Made by a program: the position numbers and the translations under genes
Notes under the pieces: model-generated
Database searches by the model: none
Seen by the model: only the letters and a program-made list of their open reading frames with translations
What the model was told of the DNA's origin: nothing
Source of the DNA: Chthonomonadales bacterium
GTDB taxonomy: Bacteria > Armatimonadota > Chthonomonadetes > Chthonomonadales > CAJBBX01
Length of the DNA stretch: 64,000 bases
NCBI GenBank assembly: GCA_049967475.1
Contig: JBMFSQ010000001.1
Coordinates: 118,600-182,599, forward strand
Direction of reading: 5' to 3'
Shown: positions 19,352 to 29,117 of the stretch, one piece after another
Position numbering within the stretch: position 1 is the first letter of the stretch
How the letters are laid out: each line of letters opens with the position of its first letter

Positions 19352-20397
19352 TGGTTATCCCTCTTTCCTTTCTGGATGAGTACAGCCAGTGCGATAATGG
19401 CCCCTTGAAGGATCATGCGCTGTGCAATGGGCGTGGCGTTGAGGCTGAGGATCTTGTTGATATAGGCCACGATCAGGACACCGATGAGGGTGAAGAACAT
19501 TCCGCCGCGCCCTCCGGCCAGGCTCGTCCCGCCGATCACTACAGCGGCGATGGCATCGAGTTCGTATGTGAAGCCTGCTTCAGGATCCCCAAGGTCCTGC
19601 CGGCACGCATTCACGATGCCTGCGAGGGCGGCAAACGCCGCACACAAGGCATACGTCACTACCTTTGTCCGCTGAACCTCCATACCCGAAAGCCTGGCTG
19701 CTTCTTCGTTGCCGCCGATGGCATACAGCCGCCGCCCGTAACGTGTATTGCGCACAATGATGCCCATGACGATGATCGATGCCAGAAAGAGAAGTGTGGC
19801 AGGCTGCATTCCGACGCCTGGGAGCGCCTTCGTCATCCACCGAAAGAAGGGCGGGGTGTCCTGCTGCAGTCGGTACCACGGCAGGGCCGCAGGCTGAACC
19901 TTGATGCCGCCGGAGATGAGCTTCGCCATTCCTCGTGCGGACACCATCACTGCGAGGGTGGCAACGAAAGGCTGCATCCGGAAGCGGGTAATCAGGATGC
20001 CGCTTACGAGGCCGGCCGCCAAACCCGCAAGAATGGTGGCGGGGATGGCTTCCGGTACCGGCCAGCCGTATCCGATGGTAAGGAGGGCAAAGAGCGTCGC
20101 AGCCAGACCCACAACGGAGCCCACAGAGAGGTCAATTCCGCCGCTGAGGATCACCAGGGTCATACCGGTGGCGAGGAGGCCATATTCGCAGTATTCGAAG
20201 ATGATGTCGAGCTGTGTGCGCCAAGATAGGAAAATGGGCAGGTGCGTGTCGAAGGCGCGCGGCGTGAAGAAGCATCCCAGGCCGAAGACTACGAACAACG
20301 CGATGACGCCTCTGTAGCGATCCACAACATGCAGCACAGAGGACACGCGATGCAACAGCGTCCTTCCGGTTTCCGGCGGCGCATCGGGGTGCATCAT
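19348..20397 (-). CDS. Sugar ABC transporter permease (RbsC-like)
   Basis: GMTLVILSGGIDLSVGS, YAIGGNEEAARLSG, YELDAIAAVVIGGTSLAGG; start uncertain (20397 or 20442). Confidence 0.92.
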   Translation of the reverse strand: MMHPDAPPETGRTLLHRVSSVLHVVDRYRGVIALFVVFGLGCFFTPRAFDTHLPIFLSWRTQLDIIFEYCEYGLLATGMTLVILSGGIDLSVGSVVGLAATLFALLTIGYGWPVPEAIPATILAGLAAGLVSGILITRFRMQPFVATLAVMVSARGMAKLISGGIKVQPAALPWYRLQQDTPPFFRWMTKALPGVGMQPATLLFLASIIVMGIIVRNTRYGRRLYAIGGNEEAARLSGMEVQRTKVVTYALCAAFAALAGIVNACRQDLGDPEAGFTYELDAIAAVVIGGTSLAGGRGGMFFTLIGVLIVAYINKILSLNATPIAQRMILQGAIIALAVLIQKGKRDNQ

Positions 20398-20455
20398 GGC
20401 CGGGAGTACTCCCCGAACTCTGGACGCCGGCCGAGGATGCACTCCTGGGGATGCG

Positions 20456-21571
20456 TCATGCCAGCACCTCGTCCACAGGAAGGTAGGGCAGCCCGTACTG
20501 CTCGGCGATATCCTGTAGGCACACGCGCCCGCCTACAATGTTGAGCCCTTGCCGAAGTGCGGCGTCCCCGATGGCGGCATCCTTCCATCCTCGCCTGGCG
20601 AGCTTGCGCACATAGGGGAGTGTCTCGTTTGTGAGAGCAAAGGTGGAGGTGCCGGCCACGGCACCGGGCATGTTGGTGACACAGTAATGCACGACCCCCT
20701 CTTCGATGAAGGTGGGGTTGCTGTGTGTCGTGGGGCGCGTGGTTTCGAAGCATCCGCCCTGGTCCACCGCTACATCCACTACAACAGCTCCCCGCTTCAT
20801 GGTTTTGAGCATGTCACGCGTAACGAGTACGGGAGCCTTGGCGCCGCGCCGCAAAACGCCGCCGATGACGAGATCGGCGTCGTGGATGGCCTGCCGGATG
20901 TTGAGGCGGTTGGAATAGAGCGTGCAGACGTTGGCAGGCATCACATCGTCCAGATAGCGCAGGCGCTCTGTATTGATATCGAGGATGAGGACGTTGGCGC
21001 CGATGCCCGCCGCGACCTTGGCCGCATTGGATCCAACAACTCCGCCTCCCAGCACTACCACATTGGCTGGAAGCACCCCCGGCACTCCGCTCAGGAGGAT
21101 GCCACGGCCTTCCATGGGGCGTTCCAAGTATTTGGCTCCTTCCTGTATCGCCATGCGGCCGGCGACCTCGCTCATGGGCGTGAGGAGGGGGAGGGTGCCA
21201 TCGGCCAGTTGGATTGTCTCATAGGCGACGCACACGGTTCCTGCTGCAATCATGGCGTGGGTTAGTTCCTCGCTGGCAGCGAAGTGGAAATAGGTGAAGA
21301 GGATCTGGCCGGGCCGCAGGTAGGGATACTCCTGCGGGAGGGGTTCCTTAACCTTCACGATCAGTTCTGCCGCACCGTACACGGCAGCAGGCGTGTCCAC
21401 GATGCGCGCTCCCGCTGCTTCGTATTGGGCATCTTCGATGCCGGTACCCAAACCTGCACCGCGCTCTACGAGGACGGTATGCCCGTCCTCGGAAAGGATC
21501 TCCACGCCTGCCGGTACCAGTCCCACGCGATATTCACTGTTTTTGACCTCTTTGGGAACGCCGATGACCAT
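20456..21571 (-). CDS. ald: Alanine dehydrogenase
   Basis: IGVPKEVKNSEYRV, KVKEP, PLLTPMSEVAGR, GGGVVG, DVAVDQGGC, NMPGAV. Confidence 0.97.
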   Translation of the reverse strand: MVIGVPKEVKNSEYRVGLVPAGVEILSEDGHTVLVERGAGLGTGIEDAQYEAAGARIVDTPAAVYGAAELIVKVKEPLPQEYPYLRPGQILFTYFHFAASEELTHAMIAAGTVCVAYETIQLADGTLPLLTPMSEVAGRMAIQEGAKYLERPMEGRGILLSGVPGVLPANVVVLGGGVVGSNAAKVAAGIGANVLILDINTERLRYLDDVMPANVCTLYSNRLNIRQAIHDADLVIGGVLRRGAKAPVLVTRDMLKTMKRGAVVVDVAVDQGGCFETTRPTTHSNPTFIEEGVVHYCVTNMPGAVAGTSTFALTNETLPYVRKLARRGWKDAAIGDAALRQGLNIVGGRVCLQDIAEQYGLPYLPVDEVLA

Positions 21572-21707
21572 GATCCACTCCACCGTTGGGGTATAGGACG
21601 GCGCTCATGGGCCGCCCTGGGAAAGGCGAGCATCCCCGGGGCATCCTCGATGCTGCAGGATCCGCGAAGAGGCTCGAGAAAGCTCGCAGAAATCGCTCGA
21701 TGCGTAG

Positions 21708-21732
21708 TTCGCGACGCCGGCGCTCCATTCCT
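21708..21732 (-). promoter_or_regulatory. Sigma-H-like promoter AGGA-N17-CGAA upstream of ald
   Basis: Minus strand GCAGGAATGGAGCGCCGGCGTCGCGAAC in the intergenic region. Confidence 0.55.
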
Positions 21733-21814
21733 GCAGATTGAGCTGTCACGCCGTGTCCCCGGCACCGCGCAGGGGGCGGCCCACAGCGGCCGAACCGACG
21801 CAGGCGAAGCGCCG

Positions 21815-24184
21815 TCACCGGCGCACGGGAATGCGCGACACGGTAACGGAGAATGGCGGCAGGTGGATGCGAAGCCTGGACCCTGTTACCGCAAAGGAGT
21901 GTTCTACTGGGGCGACGCGCCGCGGATGCTGGAAGGAGTTCTCGTCCTCCGGATGGGCCGAAGTAAGTACCCAAGCCAGAGCCCGGCCTGAGGGATCAGC
22001 CCCCTCTATGGAGACAACAGCGTCTTGGGCGTCACGGCTGTAATTGACCATCTTCAGGACGAGTGTCCGCCCATCCTCTGCCGTACCCGCCGACGCAGTA
22101 ATGGGTCCGGCGGGCCGGTCGGTTACATCGTGCACGAGGCGGCCGTCGAGAAAGCAACGGATATGGTCCCCGTGAAGCTCGATGCGCACCGTGTACCATC
22201 GGCCTGTTTCCACGCTCCCCGGCACATCGCGCCCAACGATCGTTTTGGACCCGCCGACGCACTTCTCTATCGCGTGGCGAGTATTCCCCCATCCGCCGAT
22301 ATTCCACCAGTACCAGTTGTTCTGGTTCCGCACGTGGAACATGATGAGAAAGCCCTCGGCGCCGCCGAGTTTGCGGGCTCGAAGCGTCAGCGTGTAATCC
22401 TCCCAGCGCTCGTCCCCGGCGACGGACCGGTCATCTTCATTGAGATCGAGTTGCCGGTAGGCTCCTTGCTCGACGGCCCAGTGGCCGCGGTAGGGCTTCC
22501 AGCGATCGGCGCCGCCAGCGAAGTCGTCGGAGAAGAGGGTCCGTCCTCCTGCAGTCACGCGCACGTCGCGGTACTCTGCCTGGGTGTGCCAGGTGCCCAG
22601 GCCAATGGCGCCCGTAGCGGCTTGATGAGCGGGCAATACGGCCTGTAAGGTGACGGGAAGAACGCGCTGGACGCGGTTGCGGCTGAAGAGCCACTGAACC
22701 CAATAGGAGGGGGTACCGTAACAACGCGCATCGTCGAAGCAGATGGCGTCGGGGTTCCAGGCGCGGTTGTTCACGTTGACGAAGAGGGGCGCGTAGGACG
22801 CCATGGACACTACGTCGGAATTGCGCTCCAGGCCGGTCATGAAGGCAGCTTCCGCCACGGCGGCGCGGAGGTTTCCCTGGCCGCACTCCTGGGTGACTGC
22901 GTATTCACCCACGTACACACGGGGTCCTCTCCGGCTGTACCCATCGTACCGGGTGGAGTTGTCTACGAAGAACTGGGGGCTGGAGTAATAGTGTTCGTCA
23001 ATGAGATCGGCGGGCCGGGAGCGAACAGGCATATCGGCTACCAGTTGAACATCGGGGTATCGCGCCTTGATGGCATCGTAGAAGCGCGCGTAGCGTTCTT
23101 CATAAGCCGGGCCGCCGTTTTCGTTGCCGATCTCCAACATCCGCAAATGGAATGGCTCAGGGTGGCCATTCTTCGCCCGCAATGCGCCCCAGCGGCTGGT
23201 GACGGGGCCATTGGCGTATTCCAGGGCATCCAACGCATCCTGGACCCACGGGCCAAGTTGGTCCAAGGGCACATTGCCCCCGTGGGCCATGCCGCAGTTG
23301 ATTACGAAGAGAGGTTCCGCTCCTAGATCCTCGCACATCTGGAGGTATTCGTGGAAGCCGAGGCCATCGGTTGAGTAGTAGCCCCACAAGTTCCAGTGGC
23401 CGGGGCGTTCCCAAACAGGTCCCACGGTCGCCTTCCACCGGAAGGCATTGGTGAGCTGGTCCCCTTCACAAAAGCATCCACCCGGGAAACGCACGAAGGC
23501 GGGTTTCAGGTCGGCCAGCATGGAGGCGAGGTCCTTCCGGAGGCCATTCGGGCGGCGTTTGAAGGTGTCCGCGGGCATGAGGGATGCGAAGGCAAGGTAA
23601 TAGGTACCCGGTTGCATGGAACGCAATACGAGGCGCGCTTTGGGATCGTCCAGGTTGCCCTTCAGCGTAACGACACGCATCGTCCATCCGTGCCCCAGTG
23701 GTTTGATGCGGGCAGCAGAACTGACGGGTCCGGATGCGCCCTCCAGCACCGCCGAAAGTTCGCCATTCCCAGACTCACTCCGTGCAAACAGGGTGAGTCG
23801 GTAGCTCGATCCGCGGCGAATTGCCATGCCCCAGTAGCCGGCGTTCGCCACCCCCTCACCTGGGCGTTGGGCCACCAACTTGAGTTCGCGAGGGTTGGCC
23901 GCATTGAGGGGTTGCGCAGCGTCCACAGAGATCGCGGCTCCATCTACAGCGGTCCACCCTTCGAGGGCATCTCGAGCGGAAAACGTTCGGTTGCGCACCA
24001 TTTCCGCATAGAGCCCTCCATCGCCGGCATGGTTGATCTCCTCGAAGAAGATGCCGAAAAGCCTCGGACTTGCCCTGTGTGTAGGGTGACGGGCGTCTAT
24101 AGACAGGGTGGCTTTGGCAGGCGGGGCCAGCATAGGGCCCGAATTGAGGAAGGCGCACGCAGCGAAGGCTATAGGTAGGCACAT
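21815..24184 (-). CDS. GH51 alpha-L-arabinofuranosidase with extra beta-sandwich insert
   Basis: GIFFEEINHAGDGGLYAE, RFPGGC, EIGNE, DEHYY, YVGEYA, MASYAPL. Confidence 0.93.
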   Translation of the reverse strand: MCLPIAFAACAFLNSGPMLAPPAKATLSIDARHPTHRASPRLFGIFFEEINHAGDGGLYAEMVRNRTFSARDALEGWTAVDGAAISVDAAQPLNAANPRELKLVAQRPGEGVANAGYWGMAIRRGSSYRLTLFARSESGNGELSAVLEGASGPVSSAARIKPLGHGWTMRVVTLKGNLDDPKARLVLRSMQPGTYYLAFASLMPADTFKRRPNGLRKDLASMLADLKPAFVRFPGGCFCEGDQLTNAFRWKATVGPVWERPGHWNLWGYYSTDGLGFHEYLQMCEDLGAEPLFVINCGMAHGGNVPLDQLGPWVQDALDALEYANGPVTSRWGALRAKNGHPEPFHLRMLEIGNENGGPAYEERYARFYDAIKARYPDVQLVADMPVRSRPADLIDEHYYSSPQFFVDNSTRYDGYSRRGPRVYVGEYAVTQECGQGNLRAAVAEAAFMTGLERNSDVVSMASYAPLFVNVNNRAWNPDAICFDDARCYGTPSYWVQWLFSRNRVQRVLPVTLQAVLPAHQAATGAIGLGTWHTQAEYRDVRVTAGGRTLFSDDFAGGADRWKPYRGHWAVEQGAYRQLDLNEDDRSVAGDERWEDYTLTLRARKLGGAEGFLIMFHVRNQNNWYWWNIGGWGNTRHAIEKCVGGSKTIVGRDVPGSVETGRWYTVRIELHGDHIRCFLDGRLVHDVTDRPAGPITASAGTAEDGRTLVLKMVNYSRDAQDAVVSIEGADPSGRALAWVLTSAHPEDENSFQHPRRVAPVEHSFAVTGSRLRIHLPPFSVTVSRIPVRR

Positions 24185-24285
24185 CTTCGGTTCCTCAACG
24201 AAGTCTTATATGCAATCGGCCCGTGAACCTCGACCGTTTCGAGGTCGGTTCCCAACTGTTGGATTGGCGTTCATCGTGTCCACAG

Positions 24286-24310
24286 TTCGACGAGCGGGCG
24301 GTTCCTTCCT
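24286..24310 (-). promoter_or_regulatory. Sigma-H-like promoter AGGA-N17-CGAA upstream of the GH51 gene
   Basis: Minus strand GAGGAAGGAACCGCCCGCTCGTCGAAC. Confidence 0.55.
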
Positions 24311-24325
24311 CGGGTGCGCTTATGG

Positions 24326-25012
24326 CTACGCAGCAGGATCGTTGGGAGGTTGCTTTTCCGGTTCCTTGCCGCATGGCACGGGCGGCAGCACGAGGCCGTA
24401 GGGGCATTCGCGGACGCCGGTTCGCACAGCCCACGCCGAGTCGCCCCAGGAATAATGCCAAAACTCATCTCTGCAGTTCGAGAACCCTGCGCTGAGCATG
24501 GCAGCAACCAAGATCATGCGGTTGGCCCGCGATGGCCCTGCCGGTATCGGCGACCATGTGTATGCCGCTTGCCATCCTTCGGCGGGTGCACTGAGGTCGG
24601 CGAGGTTTCCGGAAGGATCCAGAAGGGCAACATCTACTGCACCGCCTGTGCAATGCCCTGGCGGCGCGGGTTGGTCATAAGGGGCGAAGTATTGGTTGGT
24701 TGCGCGGCGAAGCGCCGAAAGCGGCCAATCGGGGTGCTGGGCCTTCAATTTCTGAAAGTACCCGTCCCACAGGTCTTTCTGCATGGCCAGCGTTCGCAGG
24801 CAAGTGCCCACTCGGATGCGGTATCCCTTAGGAAGGCCGGCTGATGCCGTGTGGAGCATGCGGGCCACGGTGACCCGGAGGTAAGGGCAGACCCCTTCGG
24901 CGGGAACTTCAACGAGGGGGCAGGCTTCGCGGATATCCACCAGCGGTTCGTGGTTCTCATGGATGCGCACGCGGTTCAGGGCGGACACAGGCTCAGGGGC
25001 GCCGATCTTCAT
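24326..25012 (-). CDS. D-Ala-D-Ala dipeptidase (VanX/DdpX, peptidase M15D)
   Basis: PGHCTGGAVDV (HxxGxAxD zinc motif) and EFWHYSWGD (ExWH). Confidence 0.85.
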   Translation of the reverse strand: MKIGAPEPVSALNRVRIHENHEPLVDIREACPLVEVPAEGVCPYLRVTVARMLHTASAGLPKGYRIRVGTCLRTLAMQKDLWDGYFQKLKAQHPDWPLSALRRATNQYFAPYDQPAPPGHCTGGAVDVALLDPSGNLADLSAPAEGWQAAYTWSPIPAGPSRANRMILVAAMLSAGFSNCRDEFWHYSWGDSAWAVRTGVRECPYGLVLPPVPCGKEPEKQPPNDPAA

Positions 25013-25131
25013 TGGGCATATCGCATGCGGGTGGCCGACCGGCACGCAGCGGAGCCGAGGTATGGTGCCCCGACGGCTGGCAGAGAACGGTTACGCATCA
25101 GTACCAGTAGCGGACAGGGCCCGCAGGGTGA

Positions 25132-25479
25132 TCATTCGTCTTCATCGCCATCGTCTTCGGGTTCTTCCATGGCGCCGGAGCTATCCGTGTAGCGACTAAT
25201 CTCTTCCCCGCGGAACACATGGGCCACGAAGTCTTCCCGCTCAAAGCGCGCCATATAGGAGGATACGATGTCGTCGTCAATCTGGGCCAACAACTCCTCT
25301 TCATCGGACACGCTCATGTCGGCCTCGAAAATGATGGTAGCATGGATCGTGTCCTGGGCATAGTGAAGATCGAGCTGCCCCACCCGGCGTTCCCCTTCCC
25401 AGATGAGATAGATTTCCGAGGACACGGTGCGCACGAGGCGCGTCAGTTTGAAGCGGTTCTCCACCCCCTCTTCCTCCAT
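25132..25479 (-). CDS. Hypothetical acidic protein
   Basis: 115-aa ORF with protein-like composition, same strand as neighbours, D/E-rich tail. Confidence 0.7.
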   Translation of the reverse strand: MEEEGVENRFKLTRLVRTVSSEIYLIWEGERRVGQLDLHYAQDTIHATIIFEADMSVSDEEELLAQIDDDIVSSYMARFEREDFVAHVFRGEEISRYTDSSGAMEEPEDDGDEDE

Positions 25480-25501
25480 GATGCATCGGAACGGGTTCGT
25501 G

Positions 25502-26887
25502 TCAGGTGGCGGCCTTCAAGCCTAGGGCTTGTACGAGGCGCGTGTCCGCCAAGCTCACGATGCGTATCGCCCCCCGATCCGCATCTTCAACAAAGGCCAC
25601 AGCCTCTATGGGTTCCGTAACCTCCAGGGTGGCATGGTGAATCGTAATATGCACCCTGGGATGCACAACGCATTGTACCACGACTGCAGCTTCCATGCGT
25701 TCACCGGCACGCATGAGGGTGATGCGCTTCTCGCTCAAGAGATCCCGCAGGCTGGCTTCGAGCTGTTCCCTTTTCGATTTGAGCGCCTGCATCACCTTCC
25801 GCCGGTTGGAGGCTTCGCCGTCGGTAGGGGAGGCAGAGAGCGGCCTGAGGGCTTGTGCCACTTGGTGGATTGCCTCTTTAGTGCGGCTGATCTCGGCTTC
25901 CAGTTCGTCCAAGCGATGGGCGCTCACCTTGTCGAAGCCTACAGCCACGCGGGTGTCGGTGTCCGCAGAGCCCAGCGTGCCGACGATGAGCCCTTCGCCC
26001 GCGATGAGAGACCCGCCGGACACTTGCGTGCCTGCGGCGCCCAGGATGCGCCGGCGCGTGATCACCGTGCATTGGCGCAGGAGCGTGTCCATACGGACAT
26101 TCTCTTCGGTTACAATGGTGCATCGTGCCGCTCGTGTGAGGCGTACTTCGCCGAGGGCGCGGATTGTGGCGCCTGCAGCGATGCCCCGGATTACTACGGG
26201 TCCGCGGGCGCGTATCCGGGTGCCCTTAACGTCGCCGCGCACCGCCAGCCCGCCCGGGAATTCCAAGGTGTCGAAGCCCAGATCACTGTCGTGGATCTGC
26301 ACCGGATGCACGATCACCGTGTTGCCTTTGACTTCTACGACGCCGTCTTCGGCGGCGAAGAAGCGCTGGCGGTCGGCAGACGTGGTGATGCCCGGCCCGG
26401 CGATGAGGGCCGCGTTCCTTCCACCATCCGGGGGGATCGGCTTGAGGGGCGCAGTGATTGTAGCGCCTGGGGCACCTCGGGCGGGAGGGATAATCACAGC
26501 GATAAGGCTCCCTCGCGTTACGCGCCGCTCCGCGGGTATGGCAAAGTAATCCACGCACCCGTCCTGAGTGCGCGGCAACGGCTGGCGGGCAGTATGCTCG
26601 TTAATTGCCCAGCGGACGCGCCCGTCCACGCCATCAACGGGCGCTATGCCCTGGGCTACCATGAACCTGAGGGGCGGCATGTTCGTCTCCTCCGAATAGT
26701 GGGCTGCTTGGATGATGGCGGGCCTGAGGTACCCGTAAACGATGCCGCTTTCCCTCAGGAGTGCCATAATCTGTTGGGCGGTGGTTCCTGAACCGCCGGT
26801 TCGCCGCGGCGTGACCGTCACATAGGCCTGGCAATTTGTTTCGTCCAGGTCCAGTTCAACCTTGCTGTTGGGGTTGTATCGGTGCAT
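25502..26887 (-). CDS. FapA/DUF342-family protein
   Basis: LRESGIVYG, VAQGIAPVDGVDG, VDYF, beta-helix-like GDV/GG repeats, coiled coil, VHPRVHITI; start 26887 or 26911. Confidence 0.78.
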   Translation of the reverse strand: MHRYNPNSKVELDLDETNCQAYVTVTPRRTGGSGTTAQQIMALLRESGIVYGYLRPAIIQAAHYSEETNMPPLRFMVAQGIAPVDGVDGRVRWAINEHTARQPLPRTQDGCVDYFAIPAERRVTRGSLIAVIIPPARGAPGATITAPLKPIPPDGGRNAALIAGPGITTSADRQRFFAAEDGVVEVKGNTVIVHPVQIHDSDLGFDTLEFPGGLAVRGDVKGTRIRARGPVVIRGIAAGATIRALGEVRLTRAARCTIVTEENVRMDTLLRQCTVITRRRILGAAGTQVSGGSLIAGEGLIVGTLGSADTDTRVAVGFDKVSAHRLDELEAEISRTKEAIHQVAQALRPLSASPTDGEASNRRKVMQALKSKREQLEASLRDLLSEKRITLMRAGERMEAAVVVQCVVHPRVHITIHHATLEVTEPIEAVAFVEDADRGAIRIVSLADTRLVQALGLKAAT

Positions 26888-26943
26888 CGAGTGTCGCTCC
26901 AGGTGCGGCACGGTTTATTATCGGCAGATTGGGGCAAGAGGCA

Positions 26944-26967
26944 AGGATTTCAGGGATCGGCGGCGAA
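26944..26967 (+). promoter_or_regulatory. Sigma-H-like promoter AGGA-N16-CGAA upstream of the NlpC/P60 gene
   Basis: AAGGATTTCAGGGATCGGCGGCGAAAT. Confidence 0.5.
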
Positions 26968-27085
26968 ATAGAATGCCGGTTCGGTGTGGATAACGGCCGG
27001 CGCGTGCCGAAAATAGTCGTAGACCGCTGCGCCCGCGCCACCAATGCCGGGTTTGCGGGGTGTTGGCGGGATGCTATGACACCCA

Positions 27086-27955
27086 ATGGGAGGAAGGCTC
27101 TTGCGTGTAGGCGTGCTTCTCTTTTTTGCGGCGATGTGGGTGTGCACACCTGCGTGGGCAGACAGCGTGATTGTGCTGGATCTTCCGCCTACTCGAACCG
27201 CGGAGGTTCCGCAGCGGCATGAGCCGGCACGGCGAAACATCCGGTCTATCCCGTCGCGTCATCAGGTTCAGCGATCCGAAGATGTGGACCGAACGGGCTA
27301 CGCTCCCCGCAGCCGAGGAGAACGCGTTGTGGGCAGGCTGGGTGTGATCACGCGGACTACGTTCTTGCGGGGGCGCCCCAGCACCCGCAGCCATGCGCTC
27401 ACCCAGGTCCATTCGGGTACGTACGTAGCCCTTACAGGGGAAACGGGTTCTTGGTTTGGCATCCTGATGCAGGATCGGTCCACCGGCTGGGCGCCCAGCA
27501 GTTGTGTGAAGGTTTTGGAATACGAGGTAGTGTCCACAGCACCGGATCGGCATTCCTACGGGCCGCCGCCGGTGAATACGTCTCTCATGGCGGGGTGGCA
27601 GCAGGCGGTGATCCAGGAAGCGTACCGGTTTCTGGGTGTGCCCTACAAGTTTGGGGGAACGTCGCCAACAGGGCTGGATTGCTCGGCCTTCGTGCAGCAC
27701 TGCTTCAAGGTTCTGGGGATTGACCTTCCGAGAACCGCCCATGAACAGGCTCTGGTGGGTGTCCCTGTTTCAGAAGATCAACTTCAGGCCGCCGACCGGC
27801 TGTACTTTGCCGGGCGGGATGGGCGCATCACCCACACGGGCATCTACATCGGGAACGGGTATTTCATCCACGCATCGTCACGCAACGGCGCAGTGGCCAT
27901 CAGCAGGTTGAGCGATCCTCTTTACCAGCGCATGTTTGCCGGCGCACGGCGCTAG
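27086..27955 (+). CDS. Secreted SH3 + NlpC/P60 cell-wall peptidase
   Basis: Signal peptide AWA-D; SH3b-like segment (WFGI...TGW); GVPYKFGG, DCSAFV, THTGIYIG, FIHASS. Confidence 0.92.
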   Translation: MGGRLLRVGVLLFFAAMWVCTPAWADSVIVLDLPPTRTAEVPQRHEPARRNIRSIPSRHQVQRSEDVDRTGYAPRSRGERVVGRLGVITRTTFLRGRPSTRSHALTQVHSGTYVALTGETGSWFGILMQDRSTGWAPSSCVKVLEYEVVSTAPDRHSYGPPPVNTSLMAGWQQAVIQEAYRFLGVPYKFGGTSPTGLDCSAFVQHCFKVLGIDLPRTAHEQALVGVPVSEDQLQAADRLYFAGRDGRITHTGIYIGNGYFIHASSRNGAVAISRLSDPLYQRMFAGARR

Positions 27956-28029
27956 GACGGGCGTCCGAACATCGGCACCCGCTGCCTGTTCCCCATGCGG
28001 GTTCCCCGGGGCAAATAGGGCGCGCTAGG

Positions 28030-29106
28030 TTAGGATGAGGCATTCGCCATCTCTCGCCAGGCAAGTTCTGCCGCTCCCATCACGCCTGCATCCTCGCCGA
28101 GTTCGGCTTCCACGAGGCGACAGGTGCGGGCGAGGGAGGCGATGGCGTGGGCGCGCATGGACCGCTCCGCCGCCGCCAAGAGGCCGGTTGCCTTGCGGAT
28201 ACCGCCGCCGAGGACTACTACTTCGGGGTTGAACGCGTTGACGGCATTGGCGATGCCGATGCCCAAATAGTAGCCGGTTTCTTCAAACACAGCTAGGGCG
28301 GCAGCATCTCCTTGCTGCGCCGCTTCATCAATGAGTTTTGGAGTGAGCTGCGTCTTCTCGGGCGGGCACAGGGTGGCAAGAAGAGTGGGCTTGCCGCTTT
28401 CTATAGCCCGAAGCGCCCGCTCCACGATGGCATCGCGGCCGCAATACGCCTCCAGGTGACCGAAGTCACCACACCCGCACTGGGCTCCCCCGGCCACAAT
28501 CACCTGGTGACCGAATTCCACGGCGCCGCCGGTGTGTCCTGTGATGAGGCGGCCGTGGGACACGACGCCGCTGCCGATGCCGGTTCCCAAGGTAAGCATC
28601 ACCAGATCCATGACCCCGCGCCCCGCGCCGTACCGGAATTCCCCGAGGGCGGCGACGTTTGCATCGTTACCGGCATAGCAGGCGACGCCCAACTCGCCCG
28701 ACAAAGGTCCCGTGAAGGGCACATCCAGAAAGATCTGGAAGGCGCCATCCACCGTCTCGCCGAAATTGGGCGACCAGATGATGATGCCGGTTCGGGTGTC
28801 TATGTGGCCCGGGACAGCCATGCCGATGGCGCCGATGTCTTGCATCGTGACACCCGCGGCTGCAGCAGCCTGACGCACAGTCGTTGCCACCTGCTCGATG
28901 ACCTTGGCAGCGCCTTCACGGGCTCTGGAGGGGTTTCTGGCCTGCCCGGCGATCTTGTCGTCTTTGCCCACTACGGCGGCGCGCACATTGGTACCGCCGA
29001 GGTCTACGCCAACCACGAACGGCGCATTCGAGTTGGGCCGGATGGTCATCGTCTGTTCTTCAACGTTCAGCCCTGAGCGGGCCGATCCCCGTGTGTCTGT
29101 TGCCAT
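28030..29106 (-). CDS. ROK-family sugar kinase (glucokinase-like)
   Basis: GVDLGGT, GNDANVAALGE, TLGTGIGSG, EFGH, CGCGDFGHLEAY; no HTH. Confidence 0.9.
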   Translation of the reverse strand: MATDTRGSARSGLNVEEQTMTIRPNSNAPFVVGVDLGGTNVRAAVVGKDDKIAGQARNPSRAREGAAKVIEQVATTVRQAAAAAGVTMQDIGAIGMAVPGHIDTRTGIIIWSPNFGETVDGAFQIFLDVPFTGPLSGELGVACYAGNDANVAALGEFRYGAGRGVMDLVMLTLGTGIGSGVVSHGRLITGHTGGAVEFGHQVIVAGGAQCGCGDFGHLEAYCGRDAIVERALRAIESGKPTLLATLCPPEKTQLTPKLIDEAAQQGDAAALAVFEETGYYLGIGIANAVNAFNPEVVVLGGGIRKATGLLAAAERSMRAHAIASLARTCRLVEAELGEDAGVMGAAELAWREMANASS

Positions 29107-29117
29107 GGTTCATCCTG

